Assembly (NCBI RefSeq): GCF_006345805.1 | Contig: NC_043002.1 | Location: 26,288,001 to 26,352,000, forward strand | Length of the DNA stretch: 64,000 nt | Reading direction: 5' to 3' | Source: Octopus sinensis | Taxonomy: Eukaryota | In this document: piece by piece, positions 51,146 to 64,000 of the stretch | Position numbering within the stretch: the stretch's first letter is position 1 | How the letters are laid out: each line of letters starts with the position of its first letter | Notes under the pieces: model-generated | Told to the model about the DNA's origin: nothing | The model's database searches: none | What the model saw: the letters and a program-made list of their open reading frames with translations, nothing else | Translations under genes and position numbers: made by a program

Positions 51146-51169
51146 ATTGGGCCTATGGCGTAGTGGTTC

Positions 51170-52287
51170 ATTTCTATAATGTTATTCAATAAAACCATCT
51201 TGATCTTCAGCAACTGCTTCTATATGAGATTTAAATCATCTACATGCTCGAATCAAATGGTTCTAGATCATTTTGGACGTTACTCTGACTACGGCAGCTT
51301 TCAAAGAATATTTGGTGTTATGGACGTGTTCATTGACTTCTCTCTCAACAACGCTCTACATGTAATAGTCCAATGGATTGAGGTCTGGGGAATTAGGAGT
51401 CCAAATATTAGGGGTTATGCGAACATGAAAATTTTCAGCCATCTATTCCTATGTTATAGAGACAAGTGTTATAGTGCAGAGTCATACTGAAACACATATG
51501 GCCTTCAATTGCATACACTGTTTATCCAGGGCTAAACAATTATTTCCAGGACATCAATGTAGGTGGCAGAGTTAACTCGAAAGCCTTGTGGAAAGAGGTA
51601 AGAAACGAAGGGGTTGCTCTTCATTGCTGACAACCCCTAAAACCATGGCACTTGCTAAAAATTTTGTATGCATAACACTTGGAACTTCAAAAGGGTCTGC
51701 ACATAGCCATCTGTCATTTCTTCTGTTAACATTTTGATCATGGTCGAAGTTTTCTCTCGTTTGAGCAAAAACAAATCAAATCTGCTCCTGCTGCAGTTTT
51801 CGGTTTCTTTAAGAACCTTTAAGGTATGATGTAGTGATTTTCTGTTGCTTTTTTCTGATAAATTGACCGTTCTTCATCATATAAAACCCATATCTGATCT
51901 CTTTGTGGACAATATTTCTGACTGTTCATTCTGATACATGGAAATCGTTTGCAATTGATCCTATGACTTTCTGGGATCGTAATCAATGATCTGTTGAACT
52001 TGCTGGATAATTTAGGTGTTCTGATGATTTCAGAGCGTTTAGAATGCTTTTCATACCTTTATGCTGGTGATGAGTTTCCATCTTCCGTCTCCAGCTCCTT
52101 ACAAACTATGTAGATATTTCTAAATCGCTATGCTCAGCCTTTATAACCACAATAACAGCATACCTCTACATTTTTTGAGTAAGCTGCGGTCCTGCCATTA
52201 ATATTTTCTGAAACAAAGATTGTACAGAGTTAGCAAATGCAGCAATGAACCAAAAAGGGTATGAACTCAAATACCTTACGCACCCTG
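51170..52287 (-). mobile_element. maT/DD37D-like mariner transposon, decayed
   Basis: TA|CAGGGTGCG TIR at 52287. SNERNFDHDQNVNRRNDRWLCADP...MVLGVVSNE...WTPNSPDLNPLDYY...GFIE*. The other TIR is not seen. Confidence 0.85.
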
Positions 52288-52314
52288 TATATGTATATAT
52301 ATATATATATATAT

Positions 52315-52657
52315 AAGGGTAAGAACCCTTTTCTGTCATGAACGACCATGGGACTGCACCTAGAAAGTTCCCTTCTGAGGTACAGATCCGGCGCAAGATT
52401 GCTTATTGATGTCCAGCTGCCACCCATGCGTACCAACCTTCCGCTCTATACGCCACTGATGGTATTCAAGGTAAACCTAGACACCTATACAGCTTGGCAG
52501 CAGTGACGTCACAACTCATTTCTACATCTCAGTGAACTGGAGCAACATGAAATAAATTGTCTTGCTCACAAACACAATATTTAGTTCGGTCCGGGAATCG
52601 AACTCACTACGCCGTGATTGTCAGGCCGACGCTCTAACCAGAGCCATGAGCCTTCAC
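52315..52657 (-). mobile_element. tRNA-derived SINE family E
   Basis: Head with GAGTTCGATTCC B-box. The central domain (52514-52578) is homologous to family C, but the 3' tail differs. Confidence 0.8.
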
Positions 52658-53230
52658 AAACACGCACACATACACACATACACACACACACACACACACG
52701 CACTCAAAGATATGTGTACATATATATATTTACACACACACATATGTATATATATATTCTAATGGAATAGCATAAAATATGAACAGACGGTTTCATAGAT
52801 CACTTCATAGCATATTTATGCAGATAAAGAATCAAAATATAGAAAGAAACAAAGAAATTCTGGAAAACCAAAGTTAATCGTGATCCAGTGTAGACGGATA
52901 CAAATCCAAGAAAATCATACAATAATACAATCGTACACGATATATTGATCGTGGCTTTTCTATGCTAGTTTGTGAATTAAGTGGTATTTGAATACATTTA
53001 AATGATGTCCGTTTTTAACTGAATTAATAATTTGAAGGATTCAAGCATGTTAATTCCTAGTTAAACATCCAGTTATTCGTAAAGCTACTTTTAAATATAA
53101 CAACAGTGTATTTTTATAAAGTGTGACATTTTATTTGACTTCTTTGAAAGTACACATATATACATATATATATATATACGCACGCATGCATGGACACACA
53201 CACATGCACACACATGCACAGACACACACA

Positions 53231-53267
<37 letters not shown>

Positions 53268-53325
53268 TGAACTCTCCAGTCGTTAGACGACATATTAGGG
53301 TACTGTAATTTCTTGCCGAACAGCC

Positions 53326-53356
<31 letters not shown>

Positions 53357-53360
<4 letters not shown>

Positions 53361-55830
53361 GAACCAGGAAAAAACACCAAATAACGCCAACTTGAAATAT
53401 GTATCCTCTGACCAAGTGGCAAACCAAACAAGTAACTCTTTTTACTGACATACCTGGAAAATATGAAGGCCGACCTAAGCCAGGAGATCCAGCGAGCCAT
53501 CACCAACCATCTATGCAAATCACAAGGACCACTCACCCATTACCAACTTCCTTACCTCGACATTCCTGTTAAATGTACGTGGCATCAACCCATCAATTAT
53601 TGCCCAAAAATGGAAGATCCCATATATAGAGAGTTGGCTTGCCGAAATGGCACATTGCTTCCCTTTCTTTATCCTTACCGAGACTCACCTGAACAACACC
53701 CATATGGACGCAGAGGTGAAAATAAAAGATTTCACCATTGTTCGTGCGGATCGCACAGACCGAAATAAGGGAGGGACAGCCATCTTTATCCATGACTCCT
53801 TTTCACTTGATGCCAAGGACACATTTTCCAATGGCTACTGTGAATCGGTATCAGTATACAACAAAGCCAAGGACATAACCATTGTTGGTCTTTACAGGCC
53901 TCCCCAGGCACCTCTAAAGTACTTTGAAGAGTGCCTTAGCAAAGTCAAGTCCTTTCTTCGGAAGTACCACTCCGGAAACATAATAGTGATGGGTGATTTT
54001 AACCTCCCTCATGTGAACTGGCCCACAAATACTCCGAAGTTAGGCAAGTGCTCTACATCAGATAGGGCAGCAGCAGAACTGCTCTTTAATCTGATGGATG
54101 AGTATTTCCTGACTCAGCTAGTGCTTGAACAAACGAGACAGAATAAAACGATCTTGGATCTGGTACTGACCAATCACTCTAGCTACGTTCACAGCATTTC
54201 AGTCGAAAAAACTCTCCTCTCAGACCACGACATGGTACTCTGCAATCTTAATTCCCGACGTATAAAAACCAAACCAGCCAATCCCACTCCATGGCACCCA
54301 TTTGACAACATAAATTTCCACAAAGCGAACTGGGGAACAATCAGAAAGGATCTGTCTTCCATCGACTGGTCTTTTACTCTCAATTCCCCTCATATTGAGA
54401 CCGCGTGGCAGCACTTTGAAACCATTGTCACCGACACATGCTCTAAACACGCTCCCAAGAAATCTACTAACACAAACAGAAACCGGCTCCCTAAAAAGAA
54501 AAAAAACACTCATCAGGCGCATCAAAAGACTCAACAAAAAAATCAACCAATTAAAATATTCCCACACGCAACATCCACATTCAACAACAATGAAAAGACT
54601 AGAGCTGGAAAAACTTCATCTGCAGACTAACATGAAAACCTCCATTGAAAATCAAAGAGCTGTGGAGGAACAATGGGTAATCAAAAACATCAAACAGAAC
54701 CCAAAAGTGTTCTATTCTTATGCAAATAAGCATAGAACCACTGTCTCACCTATTGGGCCATTGATTGATGAAAACGGCATTCCCCAACACGATGCTAAAG
54801 AAATGGCAGAAATACTGCAGAAACAATATTGCTCTGTCTTCAGTGTTCCCACTGATATTGATGTGAGGGAAACGAACGAAGCTGACTCCAACACAAAATC
54901 GCAGACATAACCTTCACTGCCACCGACATCGTAGCAGCAATAAATGAGGTCAAACATTACTCCGCTGTAGGCCCTGATAGATTTCCCGCCAGTCTCCTGA
55001 AGGAATGTAGATATCAACTTGCAGTCCCTCTGACCAACCTCTGGAGAAACTCGTTAGACGCAGGTTATATACCGAAAAAGTTTCTATCCCAGTCGGTCAT
55101 CCCGGTTTTCAAACAGGGAAACAGATCCCTCGCAGTCAACTATCGCCCAATCTCACTCACCTCCCACATCATTAAAGTGTTTGAAAGAGTGTTAAGATCA
55201 AGGATAGCTGACTTCCTGGAGACCCACAAACTCCTAAATTCAAATCAACATGGCTTTCGCTGTGGCAGGGACTGTCTAACACAGCTCTTACACCACATTG
55301 AAGATGTACTCAAAGCCTTGGGAACAGGTTCGATCTCTGACGTCATATACCTTGACTTCAGTAAAGCGTTCGACAGGGTAGACCATAACATCCTACTCTC
55401 AAAATTTGTACATCATTTGTACGATGTAGAAAATATACCGCCAACTTTGCCCAAACGACCTAAACATTAGCTTCAAGGTTCATCCGAGACTTGGACCACG
55501 GGCTATACGTCCCCTGCCAAATTCAAGATCACAACATACATGTACACTGCAACATAATTTCTTTTCCTCAACAGGCCCTGCCCTATTTAACATTGTCCCG
55601 AGGGAGATCAAAGAGGAAAAGGATCCCATCAACTTCAAACAGAGTCTGGATAGATTCCTTCAAAGAATACCAGACAAGCCACCCATAATTGGATACAACT
55701 CACCCAACAAGAACTCACTACTTGAACAAAACTTGACTTAAACAGGATTCGAATAATCCTATCAGGTGGTGCTATTAAGTTAGACATGGCCTGGACCAAT
55801 CTCTGGTCGAAACATATCTAAGTTTTTATC
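53357..55830 (+). mobile_element. Young CR1/L2-group LINE: ORF1 end, APE, RT N-terminus, ~750-bp internal deletion, 3' end
   Basis: LLNVRGI...LTETHL...LYRPP...MGDFNLP...LDLVL...SDHDMV (APE); NPKVFYSY; NYRPISLTSH...NQHGFR...[13 protein letters not shown]; then a jump to the 3' region. ~99% identical to 49417-50668 where they overlap. Confidence 0.95.
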
Positions 55831-55938
55831 ATATATATATTTATTTTATAGAAGGAGCTTCTATAAAATAAATTAATTTACTCTGCTATGTATTGAGTAC
55901 CTTATTTACTGTGGTTAACCACGACTCAACCTGGGACC

Positions 55939-55990
<52 letters not shown>

Positions 55991-56428
55991 TGTAGGTTGG
56001 TTCATGGTCTCTTTTTATCGAATTTTCACTCATTGCAATTTGAGCTTCGCAGTCACATTTGCACCATTTTTACTACAGAGGTAATTAGAAAACCTACAAT
56101 AAATTTGACACATGGACATGCCATCGACAACGAACGAAATTAGGTAATGAAACTTTTAAATATGGAATCCTTTTCAAAATTTTATTGGGGACCTTATTGT
56201 TAAGTAGTTGACAAAATCTGTAAAGTAGAACTGTTTCATCCATAAGAATTATCAAATTATGATTAGGGGTCGTTGATAGAAATAAATGAATATTTTGGAA
56301 ATTCTAAAAAAACAAAAAACGTATGATGTGGTGTCACAATTTCCCGTACGTAAATAAGGATTTTTAGAGCCTATAAGTATAATAATAAAAGTCAAAACGC
56401 AGGGATTTTAATGGCTGTTATTTTCGTG

Positions 56429-56549
56429 TCTTTTACTTGTTTCAGTTATTAGACTGCAGCTCTGCTGGGCCACCTCCTTGAAGAGATTTAGTAGGACAAA
56501 TTGAGCCAAGGACTTATTTTTAAGTCTGGTAAATAATCTATCGGTCTCT
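56429..56549 (-). mobile_element. SINE family A-like tail fragment
   Basis: TTTTACTTGTTTCAGTTATTAGACTGC...GGACTTATTTT...TATCGGTCTC. Confidence 0.65.
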
Positions 56550-57216
56550 AGAAAATATGGAACGCTTCATGAATTTGCGTGTCATCCTAGCGTTGTTATT
56601 AAAATCAAAACAAACCCCGAAAGAGGAAACCTATTAACTAACATATTTCAACCATCCCGACACTTTATCATTATGCATAGATAATGTATTACATTTGATA
56701 ATGTGTTTCTTGATATGTCGGAATTTGATTTGGGGAAGATTTGACTGCTCTTTCTGTTGTTTGTTATGTGGTTCAAACAACTGGCCGTTTTACTGTTTTG
56801 GATTTCTCTTAATTGATATAAATTATTATCACGTGATGTTTTATTTCATCGACGCTGTTTGGAATGGAAAGTAAAAAAAAATACTGTAAATACGAAACAT
56901 ACATATGTGACGTTACATTTAAGTTAACCTTACTCGTATTTTTTATCTTCCACTTTATACATTGCAAATAGAAAAAGGGTTTCGAATATCTACAAACGTG
57001 ATAATTGATTTTGGTTATTGTAACTCACACTCGGCGACGGTCTTCATTCCTTTAGATGGGAAATGTAAAGAAATAATATTATCATACATTAGAAGAAAGC
57101 TCAAAGTGCTGTACTAAAATTTATTACCGCGAAAAGAGTGTTTTTCCCATAAACACTAGTAAATATTGACCAACACAAACAGTGGCGCTCAAACGGGGGC
57201 CTGCATAGATACGTAC

Positions 57217-57292
<76 letters not shown>

Positions 57293-57543
57293 TTTTTTCC
57301 TCTTCCCCCTTTTTTCCCCTTTTTTCTTCTTTTTTTCATTTCTCTTTTCTTTTGTTCCTTTTCATTTTTTTCTTTTTTTTTTCCATTTTACGATCCCTTT
57401 TGATCGAAAACCTACGCCACCTTTTTCTTTTGTTTCTTTTGTTTTTTGTTTCTTGTTTTTTTTTCATTCCCCAAAAGAAAAGCTCTACCTTGTAACTTGT
57501 CCCATCTGTGTGAAGCCCTGTGTGGCCAATAAAGAAACTTATA

Positions 57544-57646
<103 letters not shown>

Positions 57647-57789
57647 GTCTATCTGGTCATATAAGTATATATATTGTGTGCGTGTCAGTGTATGTATATA
57701 TATGTATGTACAATGTGTGTGTGTTGTTTTTGGCTTCATTTTCTTCATTTTCTGGATCGAGTCTCCATTCTGAACAGCGAGAGGTATAT

Positions 57790-58110
57790 TGAAACACTCA
57801 AAAGGTCATCAAAGACGAGCAAGAGGAAGTAACCACGGAAGAAAACGATACATATTCAGCAAACCAATGCACGATCAAGCATGAAATCAGGCAAGTGACA
57901 AATTGAACTGGTTACTGATCATCGTCCACCATACAGCCAGAATATGGCAACTTCTAACTATTACCTGTTTAGTCCGATGAATTTCAGTCTTCGAGAATAA
58001 TGATTTCGTGACACTGACGGGGTAAATGTGTCTGTGAGGAAGTGAATATTGCAATACACATCAGAATTTGTCCAGAGAGAACTCGAGTGTTGTAGACAAC
58101 GATAGCACAA
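57790..58110 (+). mobile_element. mariner (DD34D-type) transposase remnant
   Basis: HRPPYSQNMATSNYYLF resembles HPPYSPDLAPSDYHLF. Confidence 0.6.
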
Positions 58111-58445
58111 ATGCATGTACACATACGCGCACGCACACACACACACGCACACACACATGTACAAAAGACACATACATATATATGTGTTCATGATCGTTCT
58201 ATAGTGGTCAACACTTAAAATATGATAAATAAAAATATATTTAAGTACCCGTGGAGTTCAGCAGCTTGAATTCAGTATTTAATCGGTTAACTTAAATCTT
58301 TTTATAAGCTAATAAGCATAAAGAGAAGAGATACGCATATAAAAGAATGTAAAGTGAATTATACCGATAAAACAAAGTCCACGCCATCATTTGATGCCAC
58401 CAAATCAATAAATATAGTAAAAAATTGAACGTCGTTTGAAACCAG

Positions 58446-58486
<41 letters not shown>

Positions 58487-59660
58487 CGTGTTTAACAAGC
58501 ATAGAAGTAAACAAGATGTGAAAACAAGAACCACATATGAATAAATAGCGTGTAATAGAAATCAGTAACTTAGACTCCCACAAGGGAATAAATCAAATCT
58601 GCAGACCTATATTAAATGACGGGAGCGTATATGCATAAAACCCCTAAGATATCACATTTTATGTACTTAAATGTAAACGGAACAGATATCTTGCATACAT
58701 ATCGGACCATTTGATAGGTTATATGAACCTTATATGCAACTGTATTGAACGCTCTACATATCTACATATCTGCTTTAGAACAGAATATATATTGTAATAT
58801 AATCCTAAATAAAAGATATAATATAAATCAACATACGATTCTACTGAACCCATCAGCGTAGAACGAGGTGAGGAGTGTATTAATTTCGACAGTCCTTTTT
58901 GCTTGATTTCACAAAAACTGAGATGTTACGACCCAAGAAAAAATTGTGTAGTTTTATCAATGATATGCACAGGCCATTTACATTGCCCGTGTATTAATTC
59001 AATATATAATATACTCTATAAATATAGAAAAAGTGAAGCATGTGACACTTTGCACCACTGCTACAAAACACAATGAAGAGAAGACAGAGAGAGGGGGAGA
59101 GAGTGCCTGTTTGCGTATGTGTGCTTGTGCATATGTGAGCGTGTCTAGAGCTATTATTCGAAACAAGTTATATGTAGGACATGACTGAATTCGATTCTAA
59201 TCTTTTGTTATTAATAGTTTTCACAATAATTTCCTGTTCAACTGGGAAGAAGAATGTTTTGATTCTATTACCGTTTCTAGACATACAAATGTTATTGGCG
59301 AATATAAATTCGGTAATAAAAAAGGAGATACTATCATCTCTTTAATTCATGAGATTAAAACAAGAATGATCACGTGCGGGAAGAATTAATGGTCTCAGAA
59401 ACCTTAAATTCCAGTGTATTAAGTAGCAACTAATAAATGAGCACTACTGTTTGTTATATATATATATATATAAGTTTTATATATAGAGATATATGTCTGT
59501 AACTAGGTGTTCTACATAAGTATCTACTCTCAGACACAATTTTTCACAGACAGAATTTTAAAGTTAGAAAAACTGTAATCTATTTTAAATTTACGTTTGA
59601 TAAAGGTATGCAGAAATAAATGTATACGTATATATACATACACACATATACATACATACA

Positions 59661-59701
<41 letters not shown>

Positions 59702-60136
59702 TATATATATATAACTACATATATATATATATACATACATATATACATACATATATATGTACAAATATGAATATATCATATTGCTACGGCAACATCCAGC
59801 GCTTTCCTGTTAAAGCACATCTACTTATTCTTTTATTAAATCAATACGTATACATAATTACTATTGTATGTTAATCAAAATACATATTAAAATTCAGAAT
59901 TGTGGAAATATTATTTGCAGAGTTGTTATATAACAAAACAAGGAAAAGGAAATTTTTTGGTAGTATTTATTCTACTTCATACATGGTTCATTTCTAATAG
60001 GAACAGCAAAGATTTACATGTTCTATATACATGTACACCTTTGTCATTCCTATTAGCAAATGAAACACGTGTAATGGAGAATAAATAATACCCCCAAATT
60101 CCCATTTCCCTCTTTTGGTAATATAAATGTATGTAT

Positions 60137-60182
<46 letters not shown>

Positions 60183-60199
60183 GTGTGTGTGTGTGTGTG

Positions 60200-60231
<32 letters not shown>

Positions 60232-60302
60232 TGTATATATGTATGTATGTATATATATATATATATATATATATGTACATATATACATATACACACACAC
60301 AC

Positions 60303-60349
<47 letters not shown>

Positions 60350-60360
60350 TATATATGCAT

Positions 60361-61429
60361 CTATGTGCAAAAAGAAAGAAAGAAACACCAATAAGATTGA
60401 ATTATATAGAAGCATAATAAGATAAGCATATTTAAAAAAATCTCTCAGCGATTCTCTTCCTTTGAAAGAGATTTCTTCTTTCCCTTTTACTTCTTAGCAA
60501 ACCCTATTTCTCTCTGCCTCATAAGCTAAAAGCAAAGGCAGGTGGCAGAAGCGCTGATCACCAGTCATATTCCACACGTGTGTTGAACAGTGGTCGAAAT
60601 CTGAATGTACCACAATAAAAGGGTGGGAAGATGCCATAGCGAGATGAAACATTGGAAACTAATTCGAAACCATTCTGATGTGATATACAGCATAGGAAAA
60701 ACGACCAAAGATCTCACATTCGCACGCCCCACAACCAAAGAAAAACAAAAAAGGGTCTGTATGTAATTTGTAGAGAGAACGGTAGTCGTATCTACATGAA
60801 GAACTGAATGAATAAGAAGCTGAATATGCATTGGAGAGGAAGAAAAAATCAATTATAAATGGGAGAAATTAAATAAGACCCTTGAAAAACTCCCAGAATG
60901 AAGTCTTAAATACGTAAAAGACTTTCTATCAATCAAACTCTCCTATAGTGTTAAAAGTAGAAGAAAGAGAAAATATCGATCGTATTCTGTATAATGTTAA
61001 TGGTATTCTCGACTGTAAGTGACTTAGGGTCTTTGAATGCCCTCCTTCTCTCACTTCTTTAAAAAAAAAAGAAGAAACGGAAAATTGTTCGATTATATAG
61101 CTCCTAAATGTTTTAAAGGAACACTTAGTTTTATCCCCACGTCGTGGTGCATTGATAGGTTCCAATTTAGAACGAAATCAATTTAAATTTTTCTGGATCT
61201 ACATGCAAAAACAAAAAAAAAAGAGACAGAAAACAAGAATGAATTATATAGAAGCATAATAAAATAAGTTAATAAAAAGTCTCTCACTCAGCGATTTTTC
61301 CCCTTGAGGGAAATTTCTCCTCCTACCCATTTTTATTTCTTACCAAGCCTTATTTCTCTCTGCCTTTTAATTTAAAAACAAGCGCAAGTGGCAGCAGCGA
61401 TGGTCACCACTCAAATTTCATGCGTGTGT
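60361..61429. repeat. Old ~225-bp local duplication (60361-60582 and 61199-61429)
   Basis: Shared blocks GAATTATATAGAAGCATAATAA, CTCAGCGATT, TATTTCTCTCTGCC and GTGGCAG(A/C)AGCG. Confidence 0.8.
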
Positions 61430-61483
61430 ATATATATATATTATATATATATATATACATATATATTCACATACATATATATG

Positions 61484-61543
<60 letters not shown>

Positions 61544-61583
61544 ATATATATATACATATATATCCATATCCATATATATATAT

Positions 61584-61615
<32 letters not shown>

Positions 61616-62048
61616 TATATATATCCATATACCTATATATGTATGTATATGTATATACATACATGATGAAGGAAACATTCTCTGAAAATGAATTTTAAGA
61701 TTCCTTTTATACTTGGAAGAATGAACTCCTGAAGCGGCGGCAGGGATATTTTCTTTTAATATGTAACCCAAAACATTTTTTGATGCCTATTACTTTCTCT
61801 TCGCTATATTTTCAATCTCTTTTAAAAAAAGAAAACGTTTTTATCTATTATCCTATATTTCATTATATTATTACTATGTTCATATATTCATGTATGTATA
61901 TGTCCTTATATGTTTTATATTGGACAATTATTATCTTAAGTAAATCCGTACACATATGTCTTCATTGTGGTTTGCCTGACTTGAACTTTTTCCATTTATT
62001 ATACTTGTCTATTGTCTCAGGTTTGACTTGAGCACTTCTATACACAGA

Positions 62049-62105
<57 letters not shown>

Positions 62106-62108
<3 letters not shown>

Positions 62109-62296
62109 GGTGGAGAAATCACGAAAAACAAAAGACGAAGACAGGTGGTGTAGAAAACAAGAGATGTATTAGTATAACGCTCGGGAATTGAAAAAGTATT
62201 TTACGTTTCGAGCCTACGCTCTTCCACAGAAAGGAACACAGAAAGAAACAAGGAGAGAAACAAGGAGAGAAAAATGCGTAGTGGCTAACGATCTAC
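62106..62296 (-). mobile_element. HHR-like non-coding repeat family H, copy 3
   Basis: Motif TTT-CTGTGGA-A-GAGC(gtag)GCTC-GAAA-CG-TA-AAA at 62199-62232. The 3' end joins (TA)n. Confidence 0.85.
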
Positions 62297-63403
62297 GAAT
62301 ATATGTGTGTGTTTGTATATGTATGTATACACATGTCCCTATCGGTATATTTAAACATGTACACACCTTCATCTACCTATCTACTTACATATACATATAT
62401 CTGCATTTGAGTTTGTGTACGTGTGTTTCGTGTGTCTACAATCAATGCTGAAGTAGTTTAAATTTCAGTACAATGGATATTAAAATATAGGCGTTCTATA
62501 TGTAAGTGTTAATACCCTTTCATTAAGAGAAAAGGGAGTTTAGTGAGTTTGTATATTTTGTTCAGATATATGAAAAAGCTGGGAAATGCCTAGTGTGTTG
62601 CCTTTAGTCTGTTGATCGCTAGTTTCAGTTTATGCATGAGGAAGGCATTCCTAATGCTTAAATTGCTGGTTTTACGCTCAATTGCCTTCATGGTACCCGA
62701 CTGTGATATTTTTCGAGATATGTTTGGAATGATGCACTTGGTGACATGTGAACCTTGATTCAGTTATGTAGCTTTCAGAATATGCTCGCAAACTATTACT
62801 TCAGAAAATTTGGTACACTGCTTAGGCTATCGACCATATCGTTGATGAGGTAGTTGGAAAATGTGCCCCTTCTGGCTCTGTCTATTCGTTAATTTCAAGA
62901 TAAGAATTTCCTCAGTAAGAAACCGAGTTGCAGCATACATATGTACAGTCCCTATCTGTAGATCGCTTGCTGGATTCCAGGCTGTGATATTTCGGTCGTC
63001 GAAATATAGCATTCTCAGGAATCGCATACTATCTCCGGAAGTGTGAGTTTCTTTTGATATATATGAGGTTTGTGGGTCGAAATACAGTAGTCACCGGTTG
63101 TTTAGCGGAACCTTTTCAATTCGTTTGGCGTTAGTGTATGTATTCGCCGGATTCGTTGTATCTGTTGTGTCCGGAAAATTTTCTATGTATGCAACACTAG
63201 CTCAGGTGGGAAGGATGGATTCGCAGTGGATTTAATCAATTACAATATCAGATTAACTTCGAGAATCTACATAAATATCCCAGCTTTCAATGTTACGATT
63301 TTTGTGGTTTCCCATTGATTCATACTTCTTTATTGGTATCTATACTATTAACCCACTCACCCTACTCAAGAAATAAAAATTGATGGAGCGAATATAACAG
63401 CTC

Positions 63404-63441
<38 letters not shown>

Positions 63442-63442
63442 C

Positions 63443-63501
<59 letters not shown>

Positions 63502-64000
63502 CACATACATATATATATATATGTATGTATATATATATACATAGATACATATACATATACATACACACATACACTCACACACACATATAAAGATATATAT
63601 ACATACATATAAAACATGTATATAAATACATATGTGTGTGTGCGTGCGTCTGAGAGTGTTTCTGATTCGGTAATCATATTAATGCAGAGTAAAAACGAGC
63701 AACATTATGAAAAAAAACCCCCATAAAAGTCGATGCTTATTTCATAGATTCCATACAGGTCATGCCCTCCGTCGGCGAAACCACTCGATTTATACACATG
63801 CATGCATGCATACATACATACATACATACATACATACATACATACATACTTACATACATACATACATACATACAAACTAGTTTCGAGAGAGACGGGATGC
63901 ATCTCCAAAGATCGAGAGGAATTTATAAGATAAAAGGAGTGAAGGGTGAATAGGAAACAAACTATACAACGAGAAAGGAAATAGAATAAACGAAGAATTG

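Noticed and set aside
62800-63300. Exon or Helitron Rep fragment
   Set aside because: Plus frames contain stops, and the minus-strand 66-aa ORF has no motif I can recognise.

Overview
Eukaryotic, AT-rich, microsatellite-saturated DNA, most likely from an octopus. This is inferred from recognising the tRNA-headed SINE families by eye; no database search was run. No intact host gene can be named, but there are a few candidate exons (4451-6101 +, 33920-34051 -) and a candidate promoter (~11400-11600). Most recognisable sequence is mobile DNA: at least five tRNA-headed SINE types, two Penelope-like retroelements (PLEs; RT + GIY-YIG), a young pair of CR1/L2-group LINEs plus an older decayed one, maT/mariner/Tigger remnants, and non-autonomous Helitron/Helentron elements. 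The most striking signal is a set of about 7 minimal type-I hammerhead ribozyme (HHR) motifs. Two sit in the 3' regions of the PLEs. The rest sit in three non-coding element types: a 352-bp terminally redundant retrozyme-like unit, a tRNA-headed SINE with an HHR tail, and a three-copy family with a shared variant core (CUGUGGA). Most of these elements abut (TA)n tracts. Together this suggests a PLE-driven, HHR-bearing non-autonomous retroelement system that inserts at microsatellites. Many frameshifts are single-base losses in homopolymers and may be long-read assembly errors. All folds and alignments were done by eye, so coordinates are approximate to within a few nt.
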